A stretch of 58,920 nucleotides of DNA from a bacterium. Its GTDB lineage: Bacteria; Patescibacteriota; Minisyncoccia; UBA6257; 2-01-FULL-56-20. Position numbers and translations under genes: made by a program. Of the stretch, positions 7,196 through 14,389 are shown one piece after another; the stretch's first letter is position 1; every line of letters starts with the position of its first letter. The stretch is from positions 1-58,920 of the forward strand of contig DAIDAM010000014.1 in assembly GCA_027310625.1 (NCBI GenBank), given 5' to 3'. Below the pieces are notes generated by a model, which saw only the letters and a list, made by a program, of their open reading frames with translations, had not been told where the DNA came from and searched no databases.

Positions 7196-9841
7196 ATGTC
7201 CTTTATCGGAAAAATTTTCGGCGATGCGAATGAACGTTATGTGAAGTCGCTTCATCCGGAAATTGAAAAAATAAATGTCGCGGAGAAAAAATTCGCGGCG
7301 CTTTCCAGCGAAGAACTTAAATCGTCAACCGAGGAATTCAGAAGGCGGCTGAGAGAAGGCGAGGTTTTGGACGACGTTTTACCCGACGCTTTTGCCGCGG
7401 TCCGCGAAGCGGCGAGAAGAACTCTCAGTCAACGCCCTTTTGACGTCCAGCTGTTGGGCGGGATTGTTTTGCATCGCGGCGCCGTTGCGGAAATGGCTAC
7501 GGGCGAAGGAAAAACTCTTGCCGCCGTGGCGCCTTCGTATTTGAACGCGCTTTCAGGAAACAGCGTCCATATTGTGACGGTCAACGAATATTTGGCGCGG
7601 CGCGATACCGTCTGGATGGGGCAAATTTATCACGCGCTTGGAATGAAAGTTTCCTGTCTTGTGCCGAATTCCGCCTTTATTTACGACCCCCTTTATACGC
7701 GGATAAACGCGGATTCATCTGCGCAGATCCGCGCGGATGAAAATCTGCGTGAATCCGCGCTGTTGGATCGCGAACGCGATACAACGGGAGGTTTCTTGGT
7801 TCAGCAGGAGTTTTTGAAGCCGATTTCAAGGCGCGAAGCGTACAAAACGGACATTGTTTACGGCACGAATCACGAGTTTGGTTTTGATTATCTCCGCGAC
7901 AACCTTGCTTACAGAATTGAAGATCAGGTTCAGGGAGAGCGCAATTTCGCGATAATAGACGAGGTGGACAGCATTTTGATAGATGAGGCGAGGACGCCGC
8001 TGATAATTTCTGCGCCTGATACGGGGTCAAGCGAGTTCTACAAGGTCTTTGCAAGAATTGCGGAAAAACTTTCCAAGGACGGTGATTATACGGTTGACGA
8101 GAAATTCAGAACGGTGAGCATTACGCAGGACGGGATAGAGAAGGTGGAAAAGTTAATCGGAGTGAAAAATCTTTATGCCCCGGAAAACCTGCGCCTTGTC
8201 CATTTTTTGGAGGAGAGTTTGAAAGCGAAAGCGATTTTCAGGCGCGACAAGGATTACGTCGTCAAAAACGGCGAGGTGATAATCATTGACGAGTTCACCG
8301 GGCGCATGCTTCACGGCCGCCGCTACAGCGGAGGACTGCATCAGGCGATTGAAGCGAAGGAAGGAGCGGATGTCAAAGAAGAGTCGCGCACTTACGCCAA
8401 AATTTCCATTCAGAATTATTTCCGCCTTTACAAAAAAATTTCCGGAATGACGGGAACAGCGCAAACGTCGGCGGAGGAGTTCCACAAAGTTTACAATCTT
8501 GACGTCACAAGCGTTCCGACGAATAAGCCGGTCGTAAGAACCGATATGCCGGATTTGGTTTACAAAAACGAGGAGGCGAAATGGAACGCCGTAGTGGATG
8601 AAATAAAAGAAAAACAGAAGACGGGGCAGCCGGTGTTAATCGGAACGACATCAATACAGAAAAACGAACTTCTTTCCGAAAAACTTTTGAAAGCCGGCGT
8701 GCGCCACGAAGTTTTGAACGCGAAGAACAACGAACGCGAAGGCGCGATAATAGCGCAGGCGGGGAAACCCGGCGCGGTTACGGTTGCTACGAACATGGCC
8801 GGACGCGGAGTGGACATAATCTTGGGGGGTAACCCGCAAGACCCTGAGCAAAGTCGAAGAGTTCGAGAAACAGGCGGCCTTCACGTCGTCGGCACGGAGC
8901 GTCACGAAGCGCGCCGCATAGACAATCAGCTCCGCGGGCGCTCGGGGCGGCAAGGCGACCCCGGCTCGTCGCAGTTTTTCCTTTCGTTGGAAGACGATTT
9001 GCTTCGGGTTTTCGGCGGAGAAAAAATAAAGAACATGATGGAAACACTTAAAGTTCCCGAAGACCAGCCGATTCAAGCGGGATTTTTGACGAAAATCATC
9101 GCACAAGCGCAGGCAAAAGTGGAAGGTTTCAATTTTGATTTGCGAAAACGTCTTTTGGAATATGATGATGTTTTGAACCGCCAGCGAACGAGCATTTATG
9201 GAGAACGCCAGAAGATTCTCGGAAGTTTAAACAAAGAAGACATAGCAAATCTTATTTTCGAAGCCGCGGGGGGTTTTTTGAAGAACAATTTTTTCGGGGA
9301 GGATTTGCCCTTTCCGGAGGCGCGCGAGGGCGATTTGCGGAAAATTCTTATTGATTGCGGCGCTGCAAAAGAAAGCGACCTTCCGGAGCGGTGCGATTTT
9401 GAAAACGTTTCCGAGCTTTTGAAAAAAAGAAGCGCGGATTCCGCCGAGAATCCGTTTTCCAGAAATTATCTTATAAACGTTTTAGATATGTTATGGATGA
9501 ACCATCTTGAGGATTTGGAAGCGCTCGGCGAGTCGGTTGGGCTTCGCGCCTACGGACAAAGAGACCCCGTCGTTGAGTATCGCCACGAAGCCCATCGTCT
9601 TTTCAAAAGTTTCTGGAACAATTTCAACGAGTGGGTGTTTATGAACGTATTCAAGTTAGCGACCAGCGACAAGCGACAAGCGACAAGCGAAACCAATCAG
9701 CAGGCAACGCGCGTTTCTAATGGCTATACTCTAAGTTCTAACGGCCCTAGAGTAAAAATCGGCCGGAACGACCCCTGCCCGTGCGGAGCAAAATACGAGG
9801 ACGGGCGTCCCATTAAATATAAGAAGTGTCATGGGAAATGA
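7196..9841 (+). CDS. secA: preprotein translocase ATPase SecA
   Basis: Motifs MATGEGKTL, DEVDSILIDEARTPLIIS and TNMAGRGVDI, plus the C-terminal zinc motif CPCGAKYEDGRPIKYKKCHG. Confidence 0.97.
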   Translation: MSFIGKIFGDANERYVKSLHPEIEKINVAEKKFAALSSEELKSSTEEFRRRLREGEVLDDVLPDAFAAVREAARRTLSQRPFDVQLLGGIVLHRGAVAEMATGEGKTLAAVAPSYLNALSGNSVHIVTVNEYLARRDTVWMGQIYHALGMKVSCLVPNSAFIYDPLYTRINADSSAQIRADENLRESALLDRERDTTGGFLVQQEFLKPISRREAYKTDIVYGTNHEFGFDYLRDNLAYRIEDQVQGERNFAIIDEVDSILIDEARTPLIISAPDTGSSEFYKVFARIAEKLSKDGDYTVDEKFRTVSITQDGIEKVEKLIGVKNLYAPENLRLVHFLEESLKAKAIFRRDKDYVVKNGEVIIIDEFTGRMLHGRRYSGGLHQAIEAKEGADVKEESRTYAKISIQNYFRLYKKISGMTGTAQTSAEEFHKVYNLDVTSVPTNKPVVRTDMPDLVYKNEEAKWNAVVDEIKEKQKTGQPVLIGTTSIQKNELLSEKLLKAGVRHEVLNAKNNEREGAIIAQAGKPGAVTVATNMAGRGVDIILGGNPQDPEQSRRVRETGGLHVVGTERHEARRIDNQLRGRSGRQGDPGSSQFFLSLEDDLLRVFGGEKIKNMMETLKVPEDQPIQAGFLTKIIAQAQAKVEGFNFDLRKRLLEYDDVLNRQRTSIYGERQKILGSLNKEDIANLIFEAAGGFLKNNFFGEDLPFPEAREGDLRKILIDCGAAKESDLPERCDFENVSELLKKRSADSAENPFSRNYLINVLDMLWMNHLEDLEALGESVGLRAYGQRDPVVEYRHEAHRLFKSFWNNFNEWVFMNVFKLATSDKRQATSETNQQATRVSNGYTLSSNGPRVKIGRNDPCPCGAKYEDGRPIKYKKCHGK
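7697..7790. repeat. tccgcg/ctgcg word-repeat insert in secA
   Basis: Sequence is cgcggataaacgcggattcatctgcgcagatccgcgcggatgaaaatctgcgtgaatccgcgctg, read as RINADSSAQIRADENLRESAL. Boundaries are approximate. Confidence 0.55.
9658..9695. repeat. gcgacaa word repeat inside the secA C-terminal linker
   Basis: Sequence is agcgaccagcgacaagcgacaagcgacaagcgaaacc, read as ATSDKRQATSET. Confidence 0.55.
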
Positions 9842-9845
9842 AGAT

Positions 9846-10076
9846 ATGACATACAATCCAGAGAAACCATACAAAGAACAAATTCTAAAGTTGATTACGA
9901 AAACGTGGAGAACACCCTATATTTCCGTTCGAGAAGGACTATATCCTGTATTCAAGAAAAAATTTGGTTTTCCCGAGATAGACCATACCGACGGGATAGG
10001 GACGAAAGGAATTTATCACTGGGAAAAGCGCACTTTCAGAAATGCAGTTCTAGCGACGGGATTTCAAGCCGGCTGA
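9846..10076 (+). pseudogene. PurM/AIR-synthase-like N-terminal fragment (probable gene remnant)
   Basis: A 76-aa ORF containing HTDGIGTKGIYHWEKRTF, which is like the DG(V/I)GTK motif. It stops after only the N-terminal part and nothing continues in any frame. Confidence 0.3.
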
Positions 10077-10153
10077 CTTTAGAATATGACAACAGAATTG
10101 TTTGTCAAAACGTTTCGTTAAAACCCAAAAATGTTTTATTATTGATATGAAAA

Positions 10154-10861
10154 ATGAAGAAAAATCAGTTATCTGACGCCGAAATCAAAAATAGAAAAAC
10201 AAGGGCTGCCGAAATAATAAAGACGCTGAAGCGGCTTTTCCCGAACACAAAAATCGCTCTCCGCTACAAAACGCCGTGGGAGCTTTTCGTCGCCGTTGTT
10301 CTTTCGGCGCAGTGCACCGACAAGAAGGTGAACGAGGTCACGGAAAAACTTTTTTCCGCCAAAGGCGCCGCGCCCGCCGTCGGGCAGGGATCCGCCTCGG
10401 GCGGAAAGAAATATAAAACTGTTGATGATTTTGCCAAAGCCGATTTGAAAGCATTGGAGCAAATAATCCGACCTACCGGCTTTTACCATAATAAAGCTAA
10501 AAATATTATCGCGGCTGCTAAAGTATTAAAAGAAAAGTTCGGCGGGAAATTGCCGAGGACAATGGCGGAAACGCTGACATTGCCGGGTGTCGGAAGAAAA
10601 TCGGCAAATGTGATTCTCGGAAACGCTTACGGCGTCATTGAAGGAATAGCGGTTGATACTCACGTCCGCCGCCTTTCGAAAAAACTCGGACTGACAAATC
10701 ACGACGACCCGGTCAAGATTGAACGGGATTTGATGGAAATTGTTCCGAAGAAAGATTGGTTCAATTTCACTTATCTGATGATTGATTACGGCAGAAAATA
10801 TTGCCCGGCTCGCCCCCACACCAAAGAACGTTGTCCTTTGTACAAATTTGAAAAACATTAA
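10154..10861 (+). CDS. nth: endonuclease III
   Basis: Has FVAVVLSAQCTD, the HhH-GPD motif LPGVGRKSANVIL and VDTHVRR. Cysteines are present in the C-terminal region. Confidence 0.9.
   Translation: MKKNQLSDAEIKNRKTRAAEIIKTLKRLFPNTKIALRYKTPWELFVAVVLSAQCTDKKVNEVTEKLFSAKGAAPAVGQGSASGGKKYKTVDDFAKADLKALEQIIRPTGFYHNKAKNIIAAAKVLKEKFGGKLPRTMAETLTLPGVGRKSANVILGNAYGVIEGIAVDTHVRRLSKKLGLTNHDDPVKIERDLMEIVPKKDWFNFTYLMIDYGRKYCPARPHTKERCPLYKFEKH
10355..10405. repeat. 51-bp TCCGCC...GGCGGA palindromic insert in nth
   Basis: Sequence is tccgccaaaggcgccgcgcccgccgtcgggcagggatccgcctcgggcgga. It spans 17 codons and is read as SAKGAAPAVGQGSASGG. Confidence 0.65.
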
Positions 10862-10880
10862 GATTATTGGTTTTGTCGTT

Positions 10881-10918
10881 TACTATGATTATCCAACAAT
10901 TGTGATTATTTCATAGTA
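10881..10918. repeat. 38-bp palindrome family P38 (TACTAT..CAATTGTGAT..ATAGTA), degenerate copy
   Basis: Sequence is tactatgattatccaacaattgtgattatttcatagta. It ends 29 nt upstream of the HAD hydrolase start. Confidence 0.7.
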
Positions 10919-10946
10919 GATCTAGAACACCACAGTTGATTAGAAA

Positions 10947-11654
10947 ATGAGAACTAAGATGAAAACTAAAAAAAGAAAAGTAGCCGTTTTTGACATTGAC
11001 GGCACGGTTTTCCGCTCCAGTTTGCTGATAGAGCTGACGGAAATTTTGATTATCGAAGGAATTTTTCCGAAAAGCGCCCGCAAAGAGTATTTGGAGGAAT
11101 ATGTACGATGGTTGGACAGGAAAGGGGGGTATAAAGAGTACATTGAGGCAGTCATCAAAGCGTTTGATAAACACATAAAGGGTGTCCGCGAGAAAGATTT
11201 GGAGTCCGCCGTTAAAAAAGTTATTCCCGCGCACAAGGACCGGCTTTACCGCTACACGCGCGGCCTCATTCGCGAACTCAAAAATAAAAATTATTATCTT
11301 CTTGCAATTTCGCATTCGCCGATGTACGTTGTCGGTCGGTTTGCAAAGCAATTGGGATTTGACAAGGTCTATGGTCGTCTTCTTGAAACGAACAACAAAA
11401 AGAAGCTTACAGGTGTCCAGCTTTATCCGGAATTGATTTTCGACAAAGCCAAAATTCTCAAGCGCGCGGTTGAAAAAGAAAATCTCACGTTGAAAGGGTC
11501 GGTGGGAGTGGGGGATACGGAATCCGACATCCCGTTTTTGAAAATGGTGGACAAACCGATTTGTTTCAATCCCAACTTTGTACTTTATCGCGCGGCGCGC
11601 AGAAACGGCTGGCGTATAATTGTAGAAAGAAAAAACGTTATTTATAAAATCTAG
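10947..11654 (+). CDS. HAD-superfamily (subfamily IB-like) hydrolase
   Basis: VAVFDIDGTVF (the DxDGT nucleophile motif) and a later GVGDTESDIPFL motif. Confidence 0.75.
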   Translation: MRTKMKTKKRKVAVFDIDGTVFRSSLLIELTEILIIEGIFPKSARKEYLEEYVRWLDRKGGYKEYIEAVIKAFDKHIKGVREKDLESAVKKVIPAHKDRLYRYTRGLIRELKNKNYYLLAISHSPMYVVGRFAKQLGFDKVYGRLLETNNKKKLTGVQLYPELIFDKAKILKRAVEKENLTLKGSVGVGDTESDIPFLKMVDKPICFNPNFVLYRAARRNGWRIIVERKNVIYKI

Positions 11655-11696
11655 AAAATGTTCTCAATGTTCTATAAGTTTTTTACAGGGTAGAGA

Positions 11697-11728
11697 GTAT
11701 TCTAATATTCTTAAGAATATTAGAATAG
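11697..11728. repeat. 32-bp palindrome family P32 (ATTCTAATATTCTTAAGAATATTAGAAT)
   Basis: Sequence is gtattctaatattcttaagaatattagaatag, lying between the HAD gene and tsaC. Confidence 0.85.
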
Positions 11729-11750
11729 ATTTTGTTTCCTTTCTTGCGCA

Positions 11751-12368
11751 ATGAAACGAACAAAAATTTTTAAAAATTTTAACGCCGAGACGGTGAAAAT
11801 AATTTTGCGTGGAGGTATCGGCGTCATTCCGACGGACACGATTTACGGCATCGTTTGCTCGGCTTTTTCAAAAAAGGCGGTGGAACGCGTTTATCGTCTG
11901 CGAAAAAGGAGCCCGAAAAAGCCGGTGATTGTACTTATCAGTTCGAGGTTCGGCGTTCGAATGTTCGGCGCTGACCTCGATCGTCGAACCTCGAACATTT
12001 TGAACAACGTCTGGCCTGGCCCGATAAGCGTTATTTTTCCAGTTTCTGGTCTCCGGTCCCCGGTCTCTAAATTCAGGTATCTTCATCGCGGCAAGAACGC
12101 AATTGCTTTCCGCCTGCCAGCGAAAGCGAGCTTAAGAAAATTTTTGAAAATGACGGGTCCGCTGATTGCCCCCAGCGCGAATTTGGAAGGCAAAAAACCG
12201 GCAAGAACCGCAAAAGAAGCCCAGAAGTATTTCGGAAATAAGATTGATTTTTACGTTGACGGCGGGAAATTGAGGTCGAAACCTTCAACACTTGTCTCAT
12301 TCAAAAATGGGAAATTGCGTGTAATCAGGCCAGGCGCAGCAAAGGTCAAAGGAGCCAACCTATTCTAA
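11751..12368 (+). CDS. tsaC: L-threonylcarbamoyladenylate synthase (YrdC/Sua5 family)
   Basis: VIPTDTIYGIV and LIAPSANLEGKKPA motifs. The stop codon lies inside a P32 palindrome. Confidence 0.85.
   Translation: MKRTKIFKNFNAETVKIILRGGIGVIPTDTIYGIVCSAFSKKAVERVYRLRKRSPKKPVIVLISSRFGVRMFGADLDRRTSNILNNVWPGPISVIFPVSGLRSPVSKFRYLHRGKNAIAFRLPAKASLRKFLKMTGPLIAPSANLEGKKPARTAKEAQKYFGNKIDFYVDGGKLRSKPSTLVSFKNGKLRVIRPGAAKVKGANLF
11941..12000. repeat. gttcga/tcgaac word repeat inside tsaC
   Basis: Sequence is gttcgaggttcggcgttcgaatgttcggcgctgacctcgatcgtcgaacctcgaacattt, read as SRFGVRMFGADLDRRTSNI. Confidence 0.55.
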
Positions 12369-12391
12369 TATTCTTGAGAATATCAGAATAG
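12360..12391. repeat. P32 palindrome, variant copy
   Basis: Sequence is ctattctaatattcttgagaatatcagaatag. It supplies the tsaC stop codon. Confidence 0.8.
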
Positions 12392-12416
12392 ATTATTTGG
12401 TGAAATTAGAATTGAT

Positions 12417-13196
12417 ATGTACCAATTAAACAGCCTAAAAAAGATTCCCAGTTTGGTTCACGGATTTTCCGAGGTGAAGGATGGTAATATGGCTTTTAAG
12501 TGGGGTGATAAAAAATTGGTTTTTGAAAATAGAACGCGATTTCTTTCGGCCCTGGGAATAAAACCGGAACATTGCGTAATTTCCGCCGTCTCACACGGTA
12601 CAAACATCGCAGTCATAAACTCAAAAGACGATGCGGGGATTGAAAATGGTTTTCGCACAGTGAACGCAGACGCGGTTATGACGAACAAGAAAGAAATATT
12701 TCTCGGGATTTTGACCGCGGATTGTCTGCCGGTAATAGCCTACGATAAAACAAGCGGCGCGATCGCCTTGGTTCACTTGAGCAGAATGAACACGCCTAAG
12801 GATTTTATCAGTTTAGTAATTAAAAAAATGAGTTATGAATATAGCACAAGAATTCCTGATTTGATTGTCGGCATTGGTCCCGGAATACGGAAAGAATCCT
12901 ACATATTCACTGACGAAGAACTTAAAATGCGCGTGCCCGACGAAAAAATTTTTAAGGGATTTGTTATTAACTTGCCCGTCGGCCCGCTTCGCCGAAGCGA
13001 AGGCGAGGCGGGCAAAAAAGCGATAGATTTGGTCGGCTACAGCGTAAGCGAATTTGTTTCAGCCGGCGTGTCGGAAAAAAATATAGAAGTGAGCGAGATA
13101 GACACTGCGGCGGACAAAAATTTTTTTTCGCATTACCGCTCGCGCTCAACAGGAGAATTGGAAGGACGGATGCTTACGATTATTGGAATGGTGTAG
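12417..13196 (+). CDS. pgeF: YfiH/PgeF (DUF152, laccase-domain) family protein
   Basis: VHGFSEVKDGNM, LTADCLPV and FFSHYR motifs. It carries a GC-rich hairpin insert at about 12970-13016 (LPVGPLRRSEGEAGKK). Confidence 0.8.
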   Translation: MYQLNSLKKIPSLVHGFSEVKDGNMAFKWGDKKLVFENRTRFLSALGIKPEHCVISAVSHGTNIAVINSKDDAGIENGFRTVNADAVMTNKKEIFLGILTADCLPVIAYDKTSGAIALVHLSRMNTPKDFISLVIKKMSYEYSTRIPDLIVGIGPGIRKESYIFTDEELKMRVPDEKIFKGFVINLPVGPLRRSEGEAGKKAIDLVGYSVSEFVSAGVSEKNIEVSEIDTAADKNFFSHYRSRSTGELEGRMLTIIGMV

Positions 13197-13258
13197 TAGA
13201 GGAGAAAATGGCGGAGGAGAAAAATGTGAAATTTGAGGGTAAATATTATTTTTGTGAA

Positions 13259-13290
13259 CTATTCTAATATTCTTAAGAATATTAGAATAG
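13259..13290. repeat. P32 palindrome, perfect copy
   Basis: Sequence is ctattctaatattcttaagaatattagaatag. It ends 31 nt upstream of the ArsR-like gene. Confidence 0.85.
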
Positions 13291-13320
13291 GTTTTAAGAA
13301 TAAAATGCTATAATAAATGA

Positions 13321-13590
13321 ATGAAGCAAACTAGAAAACTCGAGAGAATAGTAAGGGGTTTTTCTAACCATCGGCGAATCGAAATCCTGGATTTATTAGA
13401 GAGAAAGCCAGAACTTTCGTTATTTGAAATTTCAAGAGAACTGAATGTGAATTTCAAAACAGCATCCGAGCATGCCCGCAGGCTAGCAATTGCCGGCTTG
13501 GTGTTGAAGCGATATGAGGGTAATTCTGTTCGCCATTGCTTGTCGCCGCTTGGCAAGTCCATTCTCAAATTCTTAAGAATATTGGAATAG
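13321..13590 (+). CDS. ArsR/SmtB-like winged-helix transcriptional regulator
   Basis: RRIEILDLLERKPELSLFEISRELNVNFKTASEHARRLAIAGLV is a typical HTH. The last 10 codons and the stop are provided by a P32 copy. Confidence 0.7.
   Translation: MKQTRKLERIVRGFSNHRRIEILDLLERKPELSLFEISRELNVNFKTASEHARRLAIAGLVLKRYEGNSVRHCLSPLGKSILKFLRILE
13559..13590. repeat. P32 palindrome, degenerate copy forming the 3' end of the ArsR-like ORF
   Basis: Sequence is ccattctcaaattcttaagaatattggaatag. Confidence 0.7.
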
Positions 13591-13627
13591 ATTTTTTGTT
13601 TAAGACACATTTAGGGCACCTAAGGAG

Positions 13628-13918
13628 ATGAAAAAACTTCTCAAAGTAAAAGTTTTCGGTGCCGTGCAGGGCGTTTTTTTCAGGCACACGGCGAAAATAA
13701 AAGCGGACGAACTCGGTTTGAGTGGATTTGTAAGGAACGAAGGCGACAGCTCGGTTTACGCCGAGGCGGAAGGAAAAGAAAGAGCGTTAAACGAGTTTCT
13801 TGAGTGGTGCCGGCGCGGCCCGCCCGCGGCGGCGGTTGAAAAGATTGAATTTTCCTTCAATGAGCCGTCCTCGTCGGGCGAGACAAGTGGAAAATTTTTG
13901 GGATTTGGGATAAAATAA
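13628..13918 (+). CDS. acyP: acylphosphatase
   Basis: VFGAVQGVFFRHTAKIKADELGLSGFVRNEGDSSVYAEAEG matches the acylphosphatase signature. Confidence 0.85.
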   Translation: MKKLLKVKVFGAVQGVFFRHTAKIKADELGLSGFVRNEGDSSVYAEAEGKERALNEFLEWCRRGPPAAAVEKIEFSFNEPSSSGETSGKFLGFGIK

Positions 13919-13953
13919 TTCCGAAAGGTCTTTTAATATCGTTATCACTTAAT

Positions 13954-14208
13954 ATGCTTCTTGAGTTTTACGGAACGGAATGCCCGCACTGCCGGCGGAT
14001 GGACGAAAAAGTCGAGCGGCTGGAGAAAGAAACGGGAGCGAAAGTTGAGAAATACGAAGTTTGGCACGACGAGGCGAACTTGAAAAAGATGCGGGAATAC
14101 GACAAGGGACTTTGCGGCGGCGTGCCGTTCTTTTTCAACACCGACACGGGAAAATATGTTTGCGGGGAAACGTCTTACGAGGAGCTGAAAAGTTGGGCGG
14201 GGAAGTAA
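13954..14208 (+). CDS. thioredoxin-fold (glutaredoxin-like) protein
   Basis: CPHC redox motif near the N-terminus and GGVPFF later in the protein. Length is 84 aa. Confidence 0.7.
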   Translation: MLLEFYGTECPHCRRMDEKVERLEKETGAKVEKYEVWHDEANLKKMREYDKGLCGGVPFFFNTDTGKYVCGETSYEELKSWAGK

Positions 14209-14209
14209 T

Positions 14210-14389
14210 ATGGTTATTTCTGTCACCGCCGCATCGGGGAATTTGTACTCTTGTTCGGAGTGCGGGTTTAATTACAGAGACAAAGAAACGGCGGAGAAAT
14301 GCGAGAAGTGGTGCAAAGAACACAAAAGCTGTAACGTGGAAATAATCAAATATGCCGTCAAAGAAAGCGAGCGGGATAAAGAGAGATAA
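14210..14389 (+). CDS. 59-aa Cys-rich (zinc-ribbon-like) protein, hypothetical
   Basis: The ATG lies 2 nt after the thioredoxin stop. The sequence YSCSECGFNYRDKETAEKCEKWCKEHKSC contains CxxC and a further Cys cluster. It is below the ORF-track size cut-off and overlaps the gdh start by 38 nt. Confidence 0.45.
   Translation: MVISVTAASGNLYSCSECGFNYRDKETAEKCEKWCKEHKSCNVEIIKYAVKESERDKER

Noticed and set aside
9905-10150. An 81-aa ORF overlapping the PurM-like stub in another frame, and other 60-110-aa ORFs nested in alternative frames of known genes (for example 20979-21641, 14061-14345 and 18190-18618).
   Set aside because: They have no start signals and no recognisable motifs, and they are fully explained as alternative-frame read-through of real genes or repeats.
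11697-13590. A CRISPR array, suggested by a repeated ~32-bp palindrome occurring four times in 2 kb.
   Set aside because: The 'spacers' are 270-870 bp long and are complete conserved genes. The repeat spacing is irregular, copies are dispersed across the whole window, and no cas genes are present.
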